Positions 35,792 through 45,881 of a DNA stretch of 64,000 bases are shown here, one piece after another (positions within the stretch are counted from its first letter, which is position 1; each line of letters opens with the position of its first letter). Source of the stretch: an uncultured Gammaproteobacteria bacterium (GTDB taxonomy: Bacteria > Patescibacteriota > Patescibacteriia > UBA1558 > GWA2-36-10); assembly GCA_964633905.1 (NCBI GenBank), contig CAZWIT010000003.1, positions 67,193-131,192 on the forward strand. Direction: 5' to 3'. The notes under the pieces were generated by a model. The model was not told the DNA's origin and searched no databases. It was given only the letters and a program-made list of their open reading frames with translations. The translations under genes were made by a program, and so were the position numbers.

Positions 35792-35962
35792 GAGCCTCTC
35801 CTTCTGCTGCTACTTGCAGCTAGTAATCAAGACTAGGTTGACAATGAACAATCATAGTATTATATCATATATATTAGATTTTGTCAATATTATAAAATTG
35901 ACTGTTTAGCCTATTTTCATTATTATTAATATACTTAAAAAGCTTTAATAAATACTTTATAT

Positions 35963-36178
35963 ATGAGAATAGAAGTAGATAGAGAATTATGCATTAGCGT
36001 AGCCTCTTGCGTAGCGGTTGCCCCTAATACCTTTGAGCTTGACGATGAGGGCATTGCTGTTATCAAAAACCCCACAGGTGATGACGAAAAAACTATTTTA
36101 CAGGCTGCCCAAAGCTGCCCAGTAAATGCTATACGAATTTTTGATGATGCTGGTAAACAAATTCATCCACCTCAATAA
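35963..36178 (+). CDS. Ferredoxin (single-cluster, Cys-x5-Cys...CP type)
   Basis: MRIEVDRELCISVASCVAVAP...AAQSCPVNAI matches small monocluster ferredoxins. A likely partner of korAB. Confidence 0.7.
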   Translation: MRIEVDRELCISVASCVAVAPNTFELDDEGIAVIKNPTGDDEKTILQAAQSCPVNAIRIFDDAGKQIHPPQ

Positions 36179-36186
36179 TAAAAATT

Positions 36187-36642
36187 ATGACCACTCAAGA
36201 TAAAAATAAATTGGTGCTCGGCCAGCAGGCACCGCTTTTTGTCTTAAAAACTCAAAGTGGCCAAAAAATAAATTTAGCTGACTTCAAAGGCAAGAAAAAT
36301 GTCTTGCTCGTTTTCTATCCTGGCGATAACACCCCTGGTTGTACTCGCCAACTCTGCGCTTTGCGTGATGATTATCATCAATTCCAAAATAAAGATACTG
36401 CTATTTTTGGTATTAATCACGCCGATGCTCAATCTCATCAAAAATTTATTGACCATTACCAGTTTCCTTTTGATCTATTGATAGATAATGATAAAAAAGT
36501 TTCCCTGGAATATGGTGCTATCAAATTATTTTTCAATAAAACTATTATCAAGCGAACGGTAGTCTTAATAGACAAAGAAGGAAAAATTATTTATCTAAAA
36601 CGCGGTCTACCAGCTAACGAAGAAATATTAAAAAAATTGTAA
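36187..36642 (+). CDS. Thiol peroxidase / peroxiredoxin, Bcp-type (thioredoxin fold)
   Basis: FYPGDNTPGCTRQLCAL active-site region. AhpC/TSA family. Confidence 0.75.
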   Translation: MTTQDKNKLVLGQQAPLFVLKTQSGQKINLADFKGKKNVLLVFYPGDNTPGCTRQLCALRDDYHQFQNKDTAIFGINHADAQSHQKFIDHYQFPFDLLIDNDKKVSLEYGAIKLFFNKTIIKRTVVLIDKEGKIIYLKRGLPANEEILKKL

Positions 36643-36653
36643 GATCTTTATTT

Positions 36654-37919
36654 ATGAAAAAAAATATCAAAGAAAATATATATTTAGACCATGCTGCCAC
36701 CACTCCTACTGATCCCGAAGTAGTAGCTGCGATGGCACCATATTGGACAGAAAAATTTGGCAATCCTTCTAGCCTTTATGCCCTAGGTTTAGAAGCTAAA
36801 AATGCTATAGACGCTGCTCGCCTTAACATTGCTAAGTTTTTAAACTGCAAAGAAAATGAAATTATTTTTACTGGCGGTGGCACTGAAAGCATTAATTTAG
36901 CCATCAAGGGTTTATGCTATAACTATTTAAATGCTGAAAAAAAACCACATTTAATCATTTCTAGTATTGAGCATCACGCTGTTTTTGCGGCTGCCGAAAG
37001 ATTGGTTAAACAAGGCTTTTCTGTATCAGTAATACCAGTCGATGCTGATGGTCTAATCATAATGTCAGAATTAGAAAAAGCTGTTCAAGATAACACTCTG
37101 CTAATCAGCATCATGCTGGCCAACAATGAAGTTGGCACCATACAACCTATTCAAAAAATTGGTAACTGGCTAAGTAAATTAAATCAAGATAGAAGCAAAA
37201 ATAATTTAAATAAAATTTATCTACACACTGATGCTTGCCAAGCAGCTGGTAGCTTGGACCTGGATGTAAATAAATTACACGTTGATTTGCTTACTTTAAA
37301 TGGCAGCAAAATATACGGACCAAAAGGCATTGGTGTTTTGTATATTAAATCTGGGACTAATTTAGTTCCCTTAATAGATGGTGGTGGCCAAGAAAGAAAT
37401 TTACGCTCTGGAACTGAAAATATTCCCGCTATCATTGGTCTAGCTAAAGCTTTGAATCTAGCTCAAAATACAAAAGAAGCCGAAAATAAAAGATTGATCG
37501 ATTTACGCGACTGGCTAATCAAGGAATTATTAACTAAAATTCCTAAAACTATTTTAAATGGCCATGCAGAAGAACGCTTAGCTAACAATGTAAATATTTC
37601 CTTTTTAGATGTTGAAGGCGAAGCCCTGTTATTATACTTAGACGAAGTCGGCATCCAAGCTTCTACTGGCTCAGCTTGCACTTCTACTACCCTAGAACCT
37701 TCCCATGTTATTCGCGCTTTAGGTAGACCTTATGAAGCTGCGCATGGTTCTTTACGCTTTACTTTAGGAAAACAGACCACTAAAAAAGACCTAGAATATT
37801 TAATAGAAAAATTATCTATCATAGTTGATAAACTACGCAAAGCTTCACCGGTAATAGTAGATATGGATGAACTTGAACGCGCTATCCAAGAAGCACCAAA
37901 AAAAATTATTAACTTATAA
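36654..37919 (+). CDS. Cysteine desulfurase (NifS/IscS class V aminotransferase)
   Basis: HTDACQAAG, LNGSKIYGPKGIG (PLP-Lys region) and SGSACTS catalytic Cys loop. Confidence 0.85.
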   Translation: MKKNIKENIYLDHAATTPTDPEVVAAMAPYWTEKFGNPSSLYALGLEAKNAIDAARLNIAKFLNCKENEIIFTGGGTESINLAIKGLCYNYLNAEKKPHLIISSIEHHAVFAAAERLVKQGFSVSVIPVDADGLIIMSELEKAVQDNTLLISIMLANNEVGTIQPIQKIGNWLSKLNQDRSKNNLNKIYLHTDACQAAGSLDLDVNKLHVDLLTLNGSKIYGPKGIGVLYIKSGTNLVPLIDGGGQERNLRSGTENIPAIIGLAKALNLAQNTKEAENKRLIDLRDWLIKELLTKIPKTILNGHAEERLANNVNISFLDVEGEALLLYLDEVGIQASTGSACTSTTLEPSHVIRALGRPYEAAHGSLRFTLGKQTTKKDLEYLIEKLSIIVDKLRKASPVIVDMDELERAIQEAPKKIINL

Positions 37920-37944
37920 ATTACAAAATAACTAAATTACATAT

Positions 37945-38625
37945 ATGTCTCAACAAAATAAAACAACTACGCTTACCAGCGCTAGCGAAATGGACATTGT
38001 ACCAAAAGCCGGCCAAGAATCTTGGCTTTATTCTGATATTGTTAAAGAACATTTCTTTAACCCTAAAAATCTGATTTCTGATGCCAGTCAAATGCAAAAT
38101 TACGACGGCCTAGGCATGGTAGGATCTCCTGCCTGCGGTGATATGATGAAAATCTGGATTTGGGTTGATAAAGACAAAGACACTATTAAAGATATGAAAT
38201 GGCAAACTTTTGGTTGTGCTTCAGCTATCGGCGCTACCTCGATGTTGTCTGTCATGGTTACTGAAAATGGCGGTATGAAAATTGATCAAGCTTTAAAAAT
38301 TCAAGCTCAAGATATTACCGCTCGTTTAGGTGGATTGCCTACTCGCAAAATTCACTGTTCTGTTTTAGGTGACAAGGCTTTACGTTCGGCTATAAATAAT
38401 TATTTTTTCAAAAGCAATCAAAAAGATCGCATTGTCGAAGAAAAAGCCCGCATCATCGACAAGGTAGCACAAGTAACTGACCACGATATCGAAGAAGCTG
38501 TCTTAGAAGGAGCTATCACTTTAGAAGCTGTACAGAAAAAAACTAAAGTTGGCGTTGGTCAACCAGAAGTTATTCCTGAAGTAGAACAATTAATCAGATT
38601 TTACCAAGAAAAATATTTTGGCTAA
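37945..38625 (+). CDS. NifU/IscU-type Fe-S cluster scaffold with C-terminal extension
   Basis: GSPACGDMMKIW, GCASAIG and HCSVLG (three conserved Cys + His of IscU). Confidence 0.8.
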   Translation: MSQQNKTTTLTSASEMDIVPKAGQESWLYSDIVKEHFFNPKNLISDASQMQNYDGLGMVGSPACGDMMKIWIWVDKDKDTIKDMKWQTFGCASAIGATSMLSVMVTENGGMKIDQALKIQAQDITARLGGLPTRKIHCSVLGDKALRSAINNYFFKSNQKDRIVEEKARIIDKVAQVTDHDIEEAVLEGAITLEAVQKKTKVGVGQPEVIPEVEQLIRFYQEKYFG

Positions 38626-38738
38626 AAATGTCATGCCGAACTTGTTTCAGCATCTCCGGACTTATTATAAATATTTAGAGACCCTGAATCCGCCGGCTGG
38701 CGGATCAGGGTGACAATTATTAACTAACACAAAAAAAT

Positions 38739-39359
38739 ATGAACAAACAATTTATTACGCCCGACTTAAGCTATACTTATGACGCGCTAGAACCATATAT
38801 TGATAAAGAAACCATGATGGTTCACCACGACAAACATCATGTTACTTATACTACTAATCTAAATAAGGCTTTGGAAAAATATCCAGAATGGTTTGACAAA
38901 AGCATTGAAGAAATTTTAAGCAACTTAAATGCCGTACCAGAAGACATAAGATTAGCTGTCAAAAATCATGGCGGCGGACATTTACATCACAATATTTTTT
39001 GGGCGACCATGAGGCCAGCTCAAGAAAATAATTTACCGGGTGCTAAGTTACTGGCTGCTATTGAAAAAGATTTTGGCAGTTTCGATAAATTTAAAGAAGA
39101 TTTAAATGCTGCGGCTAGCACTGTTTTTGGCGCAGGCTGGGCTTGGCTATCATTTGCCGACAATAAGTTAATCATCGAAAAAACTGCCAACCAAGATAGT
39201 CCTTGTAGCCTTGGACATACTCCTCTATTGGGCATTGATGTTTGGGAGCATGCTTATTATCTCAAATATCAAAATCGTCGCGTGGAATATATCCAAAATT
39301 TTTGGCCAATTATTAATTGGGCAGCAGTAGAGGCTAGATTTTTAGAAGTACAAAAATAA
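38739..39359 (+). CDS. sodA: Fe/Mn superoxide dismutase
   Basis: HHDKHH, NHGGGHLNH-like region, [15 protein letters not shown]. Confidence 0.85.
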   Translation: MNKQFITPDLSYTYDALEPYIDKETMMVHHDKHHVTYTTNLNKALEKYPEWFDKSIEEILSNLNAVPEDIRLAVKNHGGGHLHHNIFWATMRPAQENNLPGAKLLAAIEKDFGSFDKFKEDLNAAASTVFGAGWAWLSFADNKLIIEKTANQDSPCSLGHTPLLGIDVWEHAYYLKYQNRRVEYIQNFWPIINWAAVEARFLEVQK

Positions 39360-39361
39360 TT

Positions 39362-40252
39362 ATGGAAAACACAGAGCGAGATATTATAGTAATTTCTGAA
39401 GGCGGTAGTATTCGCGGTATTTTTAGTGCCGGTGTATTTTCTGCTTTACAAAAAGCTAACATCTACCCCCGCCTACATTCAGTCTACGCCGTATCTTGTG
39501 GCGCCCATAATGCCGCCTATTTTTTAGCTGAAGACACTGATAAAGGTGTAATAGTCTACTTAGACTATTTAGGTCGTAAAAATATTTTCTTACGTAACTT
39601 GTCATTTTTAATGATGGCTAAACAATTTTTTCGCATGCTACTGTTTAAAAAGAATTTTGATGTTATTGACTTGGACTATTTAGAAAATATTGAAACCGAT
39701 GTTTTCCCGCTCAATGTCCAAAAAATCAAAGAATCGCCAGTTAATTTCTACGTAAAAGTCTTGGATCCAAAATCTTTGGAAATAAAATATTTAGATGCCA
39801 AAGAAGATACTTTGTCCCGCATTATCCAATCATCAAATATGCCTCTTTATGCCAACTCCCTACGCAAAGAAGATGCCTATGTAGACGGTGGTATTATGCC
39901 GACTGATGACTTTATCAAAAATGTTGTTGAAAAAAATTTAGATAAGCAAATTATCTATATTCTAAATGAAAAAAAGACAAAATTTTCTGTAACCAAATCT
40001 TTATGGTATGATCTACTAGATATTGCTATGAAGACTCGTTACTTTGGTATTAAATATGGACGCAAGCATCTCCGCAATATCATGAATTATCCTTATGCTC
40101 ACAATTTGAAAAAATATCCGCACGTACATTTAATTTATGATGATACCAAAAATTATAAATTACGAGTTGACCAAGAAAAAGCTTTAAAGTCTTATAAATA
40201 CGGCCAGGATAAGGGCAATGAAATTTTAAGAAAATTAAATATAATTAAATAA
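39362..40252 (+). CDS. Patatin-like phospholipase family protein
   Basis: EGGSIRGIFSAGV (GGxRG), AVSCGA (GxSxG), DGG (YVDGGIMP). Confidence 0.65.
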   Translation: MENTERDIIVISEGGSIRGIFSAGVFSALQKANIYPRLHSVYAVSCGAHNAAYFLAEDTDKGVIVYLDYLGRKNIFLRNLSFLMMAKQFFRMLLFKKNFDVIDLDYLENIETDVFPLNVQKIKESPVNFYVKVLDPKSLEIKYLDAKEDTLSRIIQSSNMPLYANSLRKEDAYVDGGIMPTDDFIKNVVEKNLDKQIIYILNEKKTKFSVTKSLWYDLLDIAMKTRYFGIKYGRKHLRNIMNYPYAHNLKKYPHVHLIYDDTKNYKLRVDQEKALKSYKYGQDKGNEILRKLNIIK

Positions 40253-40272
40253 TTATTAAAATAATAAAAAAT

Positions 40273-40911
40273 ATGCACGATAATAATTGTTGCAATTCAG
40301 ATGAAACTTGCGGTGGCGATTGCTGCCAAGACACTTGCTGGAATTGCACTCCCAAAATTGGCAAACTAGCCCCTCAATTTCAAGCTGAGGTCTATCACCA
40401 AGAAGAAATTAAAAAAATCAGTTTAAAGGATTACAAAGGTAAGTGGGTAATATTATGTTTTTATCCAGCTGACTTTACCTTTGTCTGTCCCACAGAACTC
40501 GAAGATCTGGCTAATCATTATGATGAAATCAAAAAGCTCAATGCCGAAGTTTTATCAGTCTCTACTGACACTGTCTTTACTCACAAAGCCTGGCACGATA
40601 CTTCTGAAGCCATTAAGAAAATAAAATTCCCAATGGTCGCTGATCCTACTGGCAATATTACCCGTGCTTATGGCATCTATATCGAAGAAGAAGGTTTAGC
40701 TTTACGTGGCACCTTTATTATTGACCCTGAAGGTAATGTCAAAACTATGGAAGTACACGATAATGGCATTGGCCGATCAAGTAAAGAGCTACTACGTAAA
40801 TTACAAGCAGCTCAATTTGTTTCTAAATATGGTGACCAAGTTTGTCCAGCTAACTGGGAACCAGGTAAAGATACTTTAAAACCCGGCTTAGACTTAGTTG
40901 GTAAAATATAA
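40273..40911 (+). CDS. Typical 2-Cys peroxiredoxin (AhpC/Prx1-type) with N-terminal Cys-rich (metallothionein-like) extension
   Basis: FYPADFTFVCPTE peroxidatic Cys motif and resolving-Cys region. First 25 aa are MHDNNCCNSDETCGGDCCQDTCWNC. Confidence 0.8.
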   Translation: MHDNNCCNSDETCGGDCCQDTCWNCTPKIGKLAPQFQAEVYHQEEIKKISLKDYKGKWVILCFYPADFTFVCPTELEDLANHYDEIKKLNAEVLSVSTDTVFTHKAWHDTSEAIKKIKFPMVADPTGNITRAYGIYIEEEGLALRGTFIIDPEGNVKTMEVHDNGIGRSSKELLRKLQAAQFVSKYGDQVCPANWEPGKDTLKPGLDLVGKI

Positions 40912-40916
40912 GAACA

Positions 40917-40990
40917 CCCCCTCTTTTTCTCCCCCTAATTTAGGGGGAGATGTCCAATAGGACAGAGGGGGTATTTTTATTGACAAAAAT
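40917..40990 (+). terminator. Compound intrinsic terminator (outer ACCCCCTCT...AGAGGGGGT around palindrome CTCCCCC-taattta-GGGGGAG, then ATTTTTATT)
   Basis: Directly after the peroxiredoxin stop. Confidence 0.6.
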
Positions 40991-41058
40991 AGCATAACCA
41001 TAGTATTCTACTAAACTATCGCGTTCTTCAAGTCACTCCCAACAACGAAAGGTCTAAA

Positions 41059-41199
41059 ATGCTTAAGATGCTTCACAAAGAACTTTGGCAGAATGAATCA
41101 AGACTAACTAAAATCACTATCGTGGTAGTACTGGCTATTATTATTGCTTCCGAGCTTGGCCTACTAGCCATTCATATTATTACAAAAGATTGGCATTAA
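41059..41199 (+). CDS. Small membrane protein (46 aa), candidate; not in the ORF track
   Basis: ATG at 41059 with upstream GAAAGG. MLKMLHKELWQNESRLTKITIVVVLAIIIASELGLLAIHIITKDWH. Followed by the hairpin AGAG-CTGCA-tac-TGCAG-CTCT + T7. Confidence 0.35.
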   Translation: MLKMLHKELWQNESRLTKITIVVVLAIIIASELGLLAIHIITKDWH

Positions 41200-41261
41200 A
41201 ACTGTTTGGAGTTAAGCCTAAAAGAGCCTGCATACTGCAGACTCTTTTTTTGTTTAAAATT

Positions 41262-43010
41262 TTACCAACTGCCACCACCGCCACCGCCAAAGCCACCGCC
41301 CGAAAAACCACCGCCACCGCCAAAGCCACCTGCACCACTGTGAGTAGGTGTAGCTAAACTATGGATAGAATTATTGGAAAAACTATGGAGAGAGCTAACA
41401 AATAAAATTGAATTAAAATTAGACAAGCTTGGGTCGCTATACCAATTTGGAGGCGTCTTATAAATATCTTTAAACTTTTCTGCCCATTGCTCCTCTACGC
41501 CAAAAACAATGGCATAAGGCAAAAGTTTTTCAAAGGTTTGCGGATCTTTGTCTGGTGCGTTATGAAACTTAAGGCGATCTTTTTCAGCTACAGTCAAGTA
41601 CTCTTTAAGACCCAATAAATATTCTTTAGTTAAAACTCCACTTTGAGTTTTTTGAGGCATCCAGCGAGAAAACATCACTACAATCAAGCCTGATAAAATA
41701 ATAGAGCCTGTTCCCCAAGCACCAAATACAGCAAACAAAGGAAAAGATAAGCCCATAATACCCAAGCCTAAAATTAATAATAATATTTTCTGACCTTGGC
41801 CGGTGTTACTATAATATTTTTCAGTTTTAAGTAAAGCCCAAACTTCTTTTTTCCATTTTTCTAAATGCGTATAAAAATCATCTTTTAAATCTGATATTTT
41901 TACTTGCTGTTTGTCATCTACCTCGCTAAATAAAAAGGTCAACAATTCGCTTTGATAATTTTTTAAAGCCTTATCGCTATCTTTTACTTTTTCTAAAATA
42001 AAATCTTCTTTGCTAAACATGCCAGTTTTGGGCTGACGAATAATTTTTAAATAACCATGCGCTGCTAAGTATATTATTTCGGCTGTTAAAAAACTATTAT
42101 TAAAATTTTCATAAACAATTGCCCCTGTTTCTGCTGGGCGTAAATCACTAGGCACATCATATTCAGCAATAATATTGCCCCTACCTTTGGGATCACGACC
42201 CTTTTTTGACCACCAATAATACATTAAAACAAAAACCAAAATAGGCCAGCATAAAAACCAAGGACTGCCCCACATTTTCTTAATCAAAGCTGCCTCTTTG
42301 GCTTGGGCTAAATTTTTAGCCGCGGTCTCATCTAATAATCCCTTGGGCAACTGGGCTAAAATAGTCAAAGCCTGGCCTGCTTGTAAATTAGATTGCTTAA
42401 GTTTTAAACCTGTTATGCCTTGGGTATTACTATCTAAATTTAAGCTTTGACAAGGAGTATTCAAACCACGAGCTCCACTCCAACACTTAAAAACTGATTG
42501 CGTACTACTAGCGACTGCTGGCAAACTTAAATTAACTTGCGCTTGTTCAACTGCCACTAACCAATCAGCACCAATGGCATTCCAATACAATTCATCATAA
42601 TTATCAAAAAATAAAATTGCTCCCTGGACCTGATAATTAATCAAATAAGTTTTTTGACCACTAACATATTGCTTGGCATCACCAATTTTTAAAACTAAAT
42701 AATCCCCTTCTTGATAACTAGTATAGTTATATTCCCTACCTTGATTATCAGTCACGCTAATATTATCAATATCAGTAGAAAAATTTTGACCTTCGCCTTT
42801 ATAAAAAATCGGTATTTGCCTAAAAATACCGTGTCGAGATTCAGACCCAAAATCATAATCAATTTTTTCACTGACTAATAAATTAGCTTCTTTATCAAGC
42901 TGGATATCAACTTGATAATTACTAATTTTTTCCTGCGCATAAACAGTGCTGCCAAAAAATAAAACACCCAAGAAAAAGGTGCTAGCTAAAACTAAGTTTA
43001 ATTTCTTCAT
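41262..43010 (-). CDS. DUF2207-family membrane protein with Gly-rich C-terminal tail
   Basis: Signal peptide, large extracytoplasmic domain, TM segments, C-terminal GGFGGGGGFSGGGFGGGGGGSW typical of DUF2207 proteins. Confidence 0.65.
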   Translation of the reverse strand: MKKLNLVLASTFFLGVLFFGSTVYAQEKISNYQVDIQLDKEANLLVSEKIDYDFGSESRHGIFRQIPIFYKGEGQNFSTDIDNISVTDNQGREYNYTSYQEGDYLVLKIGDAKQYVSGQKTYLINYQVQGAILFFDNYDELYWNAIGADWLVAVEQAQVNLSLPAVASSTQSVFKCWSGARGLNTPCQSLNLDSNTQGITGLKLKQSNLQAGQALTILAQLPKGLLDETAAKNLAQAKEAALIKKMWGSPWFLCWPILVFVLMYYWWSKKGRDPKGRGNIIAEYDVPSDLRPAETGAIVYENFNNSFLTAEIIYLAAHGYLKIIRQPKTGMFSKEDFILEKVKDSDKALKNYQSELLTFLFSEVDDKQQVKISDLKDDFYTHLEKWKKEVWALLKTEKYYSNTGQGQKILLLILGLGIMGLSFPLFAVFGAWGTGSIILSGLIVVMFSRWMPQKTQSGVLTKEYLLGLKEYLTVAEKDRLKFHNAPDKDPQTFEKLLPYAIVFGVEEQWAEKFKDIYKTPPNWYSDPSLSNFNSILFVSSLHSFSNNSIHSLATPTHSGAGGFGGGGGFSGGGFGGGGGGSW

Positions 43011-43278
43011 AATTGTAAATTAGTGATTAACTAAATTCTATCATAAGCCCTAAAAAAATGGTATAATTGACTTAAGTAAGCATAAATACATGTCTAGCCC
43101 AGAACAAATACCTAATCAAGGACTATCATCTGCTCAAAGGGATTTGCAAAATATGCAAAGACTACTAAGAGCTAGATTAGCAAGTCACTTTGATGAATTT
43201 ACTAATTCTAATGAGCGAGTTGAACAAATCATAAACAATTTTGGCGACATTATTGATCGCTAAGAAAATAAAGATGAA

Positions 43279-43776
43279 ATGTTGGCTCAACTCAACGAAC
43301 TACGAGCAGTAGAAGAAAAAGAAATTTTCTGTGAACAAGCCTATATAATTTTAGAGCCACTACATCAATGGCGCCAAGAACACTTAGCCGAATTTGAAGA
43401 AATACGCCGTAAATCATTTAATGAACAAGGTGGTTTTATTGAGCTAAACCAGATGCTATCCTACGGCATTCATGGCAAAAATATTCATCTCCATGTACCG
43501 CCTAACATGTCTACTCCTACGCCCGACAAGCTCCGCTTAATTAGAGAAGGCCTAAGTGCTTTAGTTCCTATTTTAGAAGCTAATCCTGAGATAGAAACAA
43601 TTACTGGCACCTCCTGGATAGTAGCTGCTCACCCTGATATTTTAGAAAAAAAATTACATTTTACAGTTACCGGTCCTATTAGCGAAGAACAAAGAGCTCA
43701 ACATTTTAGTTATGACCATAGACCCATAGCCGAAGCCTATATATCTAGAGAAGATTTAATTAAATATTATTCTTAA
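43279..43776 (+). CDS. Hypothetical protein
   Basis: 165-aa ORF. Confidence 0.45.
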   Translation: MLAQLNELRAVEEKEIFCEQAYIILEPLHQWRQEHLAEFEEIRRKSFNEQGGFIELNQMLSYGIHGKNIHLHVPPNMSTPTPDKLRLIREGLSALVPILEANPEIETITGTSWIVAAHPDILEKKLHFTVTGPISEEQRAQHFSYDHRPIAEAYISREDLIKYYS

Positions 43777-43786
43777 ATAAAAAATT

Positions 43787-44482
43787 ATGTTACCAACTAT
43801 GCATCACGATCTAGAACCCCAAAAAAGTAAGGGACGGGGCGCAATGATCCTATTACTAATCATTATTTTAATGGCTGCCGTCGGCGGTGGCGTATATTAT
43901 TGGCAGAAAATAGAAGCAAAAAAATTAGCTAGCACTACTGAAGAAAAAGTGCGTAATGAAATGCAAGCCAAGCTTGATGCTAGTAATAACCAAACTACTG
44001 ACTTTGACCAAAAATTATCAGAATCTGAAAAGAAAATTGCTGAATTAGAAAATAATATTAATAAAGCTAATCAAATGATTAGCGGTATGGTTGCTGACCC
44101 TAGTTCTTTAAATTTTTCTATCCAAGTCCCCAGTGATTGGCATATTGATATACAAAGAAGCAGTACTGAAGAAATAGTATTTAATATTGATGGCAAAGAG
44201 GGTGAAAGTAGAGAAGCTATAAAATATATAAGCACTACCCAAGATTTAAATGGTTATAAAGATGAATTCCTTAAACAATTTGATACTAATATTATTGAAG
44301 AAATTAAAACTATCAAAATTGGTACTGACAAAACTTCAGCTTATCATATCAGTACCACTGAATTTGGCATGCAATATATCCTGGTTAAATATCCAAAACG
44401 TATTTATGTCTTTACTACCCAAGGAGCAATGTTAAATGATGGAATTTTAGATACATTTAAACCAATTTATATTTCTCAATAA
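43787..44482 (+). CDS. Membrane-anchored coiled-coil protein, hypothetical
   Basis: N-terminal TM followed by a coiled coil. Confidence 0.5.
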   Translation: MLPTMHHDLEPQKSKGRGAMILLLIIILMAAVGGGVYYWQKIEAKKLASTTEEKVRNEMQAKLDASNNQTTDFDQKLSESEKKIAELENNINKANQMISGMVADPSSLNFSIQVPSDWHIDIQRSSTEEIVFNIDGKEGESREAIKYISTTQDLNGYKDEFLKQFDTNIIEEIKTIKIGTDKTSAYHISTTEFGMQYILVKYPKRIYVFTTQGAMLNDGILDTFKPIYISQ

Positions 44483-44489
44483 TAAAATA

Positions 44490-45848
44490 ATGCCTAAAAT
44501 CACCCTTACATCTTACGGTGCCGCCCAAGAAGTAACCGGCTCCTGCCACTTACTCAAAGTTGATAATTTTAAAATCCTGATTGACTGCGGTTGGTGGCAA
44601 GGCGACCAAAAAAACTATTTCCGCAACTGGGAAACTTTTGGCTTTGATGCCAAAAGTCTTAATGCAGTTATTTTAACTCATGCTCATCTTGATCATTGCG
44701 GGCGCCTACCTTTACTCTATGCTCGCGGCTACAAAGGCGAAATTTATTCAACCAAAGCTACTCAGAGTTTAGCTCAAATTGTCCTTGAGGATAGTTTTAA
44801 TATCATGCTAGAAAAAGCTAGCCAGCACTCCCTAGGTCCAGCCTACAAAAAAACTGACCTAGATAAACTTAATCAGCACTGGACCAATCTTGATTACTAC
44901 AAAACTACTAATCTCAATGACGATGTTAAAATCACTCTTCATAATGCTGGCCATATTTTAGGCTCCAGTTTAGTAGAGATAAAAGCCGGCCCCTATACCA
45001 TAGTATTTACTGGTGATATGGGTGCTGAAAACATGCCTTTAGTCAAAAATATTGATTACTTAAAAAGCGCCGATGCTATTGTCATGGAAAGCACTTATGG
45101 CGATCGTAATCATGAAGCCGTTAAGGATCGCAATGCTAAACTCTTGGAAGCAGTGCAAAGAGTAACCAAAAACGGCTCTACCTTAATAATTTCCGTTTTT
45201 GCTGTCGAACGTGCCCAGAATATTTTAAAAGTATTAAATGACTATTACGAAAATCATTTAGACTTTCGCGTACCAGTATTTTTAGACAGTCCCATGGCTG
45301 CTGAAGTTACCAAAGTCTATCGTCAAAATAGTAACTACTTAAATCACCTAGCTCAAGACGAGCTCAAACATGATCGAGATATTTTTTCCTTCCCTCATCT
45401 AAAAGTTACCAATACAGTTGAGCAATCAAAAAAAATAAACACCAGTCCTAACCCCAAAATTATTTTAGCAGGCTCAGGCATGGCTGATGGTGGTCGTATT
45501 TTACACCACTTAGCTAACTTTGCCCCTGATCCCAAAAATCATATTTTATTTATGGGCTTTCAGGTACCAGGCACTTTAGGCTATAAATTGACTAATGGCG
45601 CTTTTGATTTTAGATATTTTGATCGACAAGTGACAATTAGAGCTGGCGTTGATAAAATAGATGCCTTTTCCGCTCACGCTGACCAAAGTGCACTACTTAA
45701 ATGGCTAAGAGCATTTAAAAATAAGCCAAAAATATTTTTAGCACACGGTGACCCAAGCGCCTCCCAAGTGTTTGCTAATAAGATAAAAGCTGAATTACAA
45801 CTTAGCGCTGAAATACTTAAAAACCAAAACACAATTAATTTAAACTAA
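44490..45848 (+). CDS. MBL-fold metallo-hydrolase, beta-CASP RNA-metabolising family (RNase J/CPSF-like)
   Basis: HAHLDHCG motif II, downstream His/Asp motifs, C-terminal beta-CASP region. Confidence 0.75.
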   Translation: MPKITLTSYGAAQEVTGSCHLLKVDNFKILIDCGWWQGDQKNYFRNWETFGFDAKSLNAVILTHAHLDHCGRLPLLYARGYKGEIYSTKATQSLAQIVLEDSFNIMLEKASQHSLGPAYKKTDLDKLNQHWTNLDYYKTTNLNDDVKITLHNAGHILGSSLVEIKAGPYTIVFTGDMGAENMPLVKNIDYLKSADAIVMESTYGDRNHEAVKDRNAKLLEAVQRVTKNGSTLIISVFAVERAQNILKVLNDYYENHLDFRVPVFLDSPMAAEVTKVYRQNSNYLNHLAQDELKHDRDIFSFPHLKVTNTVEQSKKINTSPNPKIILAGSGMADGGRILHHLANFAPDPKNHILFMGFQVPGTLGYKLTNGAFDFRYFDRQVTIRAGVDKIDAFSAHADQSALLKWLRAFKNKPKIFLAHGDPSASQVFANKIKAELQLSAEILKNQNTINLN

Positions 45849-45881
45849 AAATACAGCCCTTCGCGAAGGGCTGTATTAATT

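Noticed and set aside
34635-35909. Seven overlapping track ORFs (34635..34835-, 34714..34914-, 34769..35515+, 35013..35267+, 35567..35836+, 35703..35909+, and others) inside or antisense to the GC-rich 355-aa gene
   Set aside because: High-GC sequence suppresses stop codons in all frames. These lack SDs and have Arg/Ala/Pro-rich low-complexity translations. Only the 34724..35791 frame has an SD, terminator and enzyme-like motifs.
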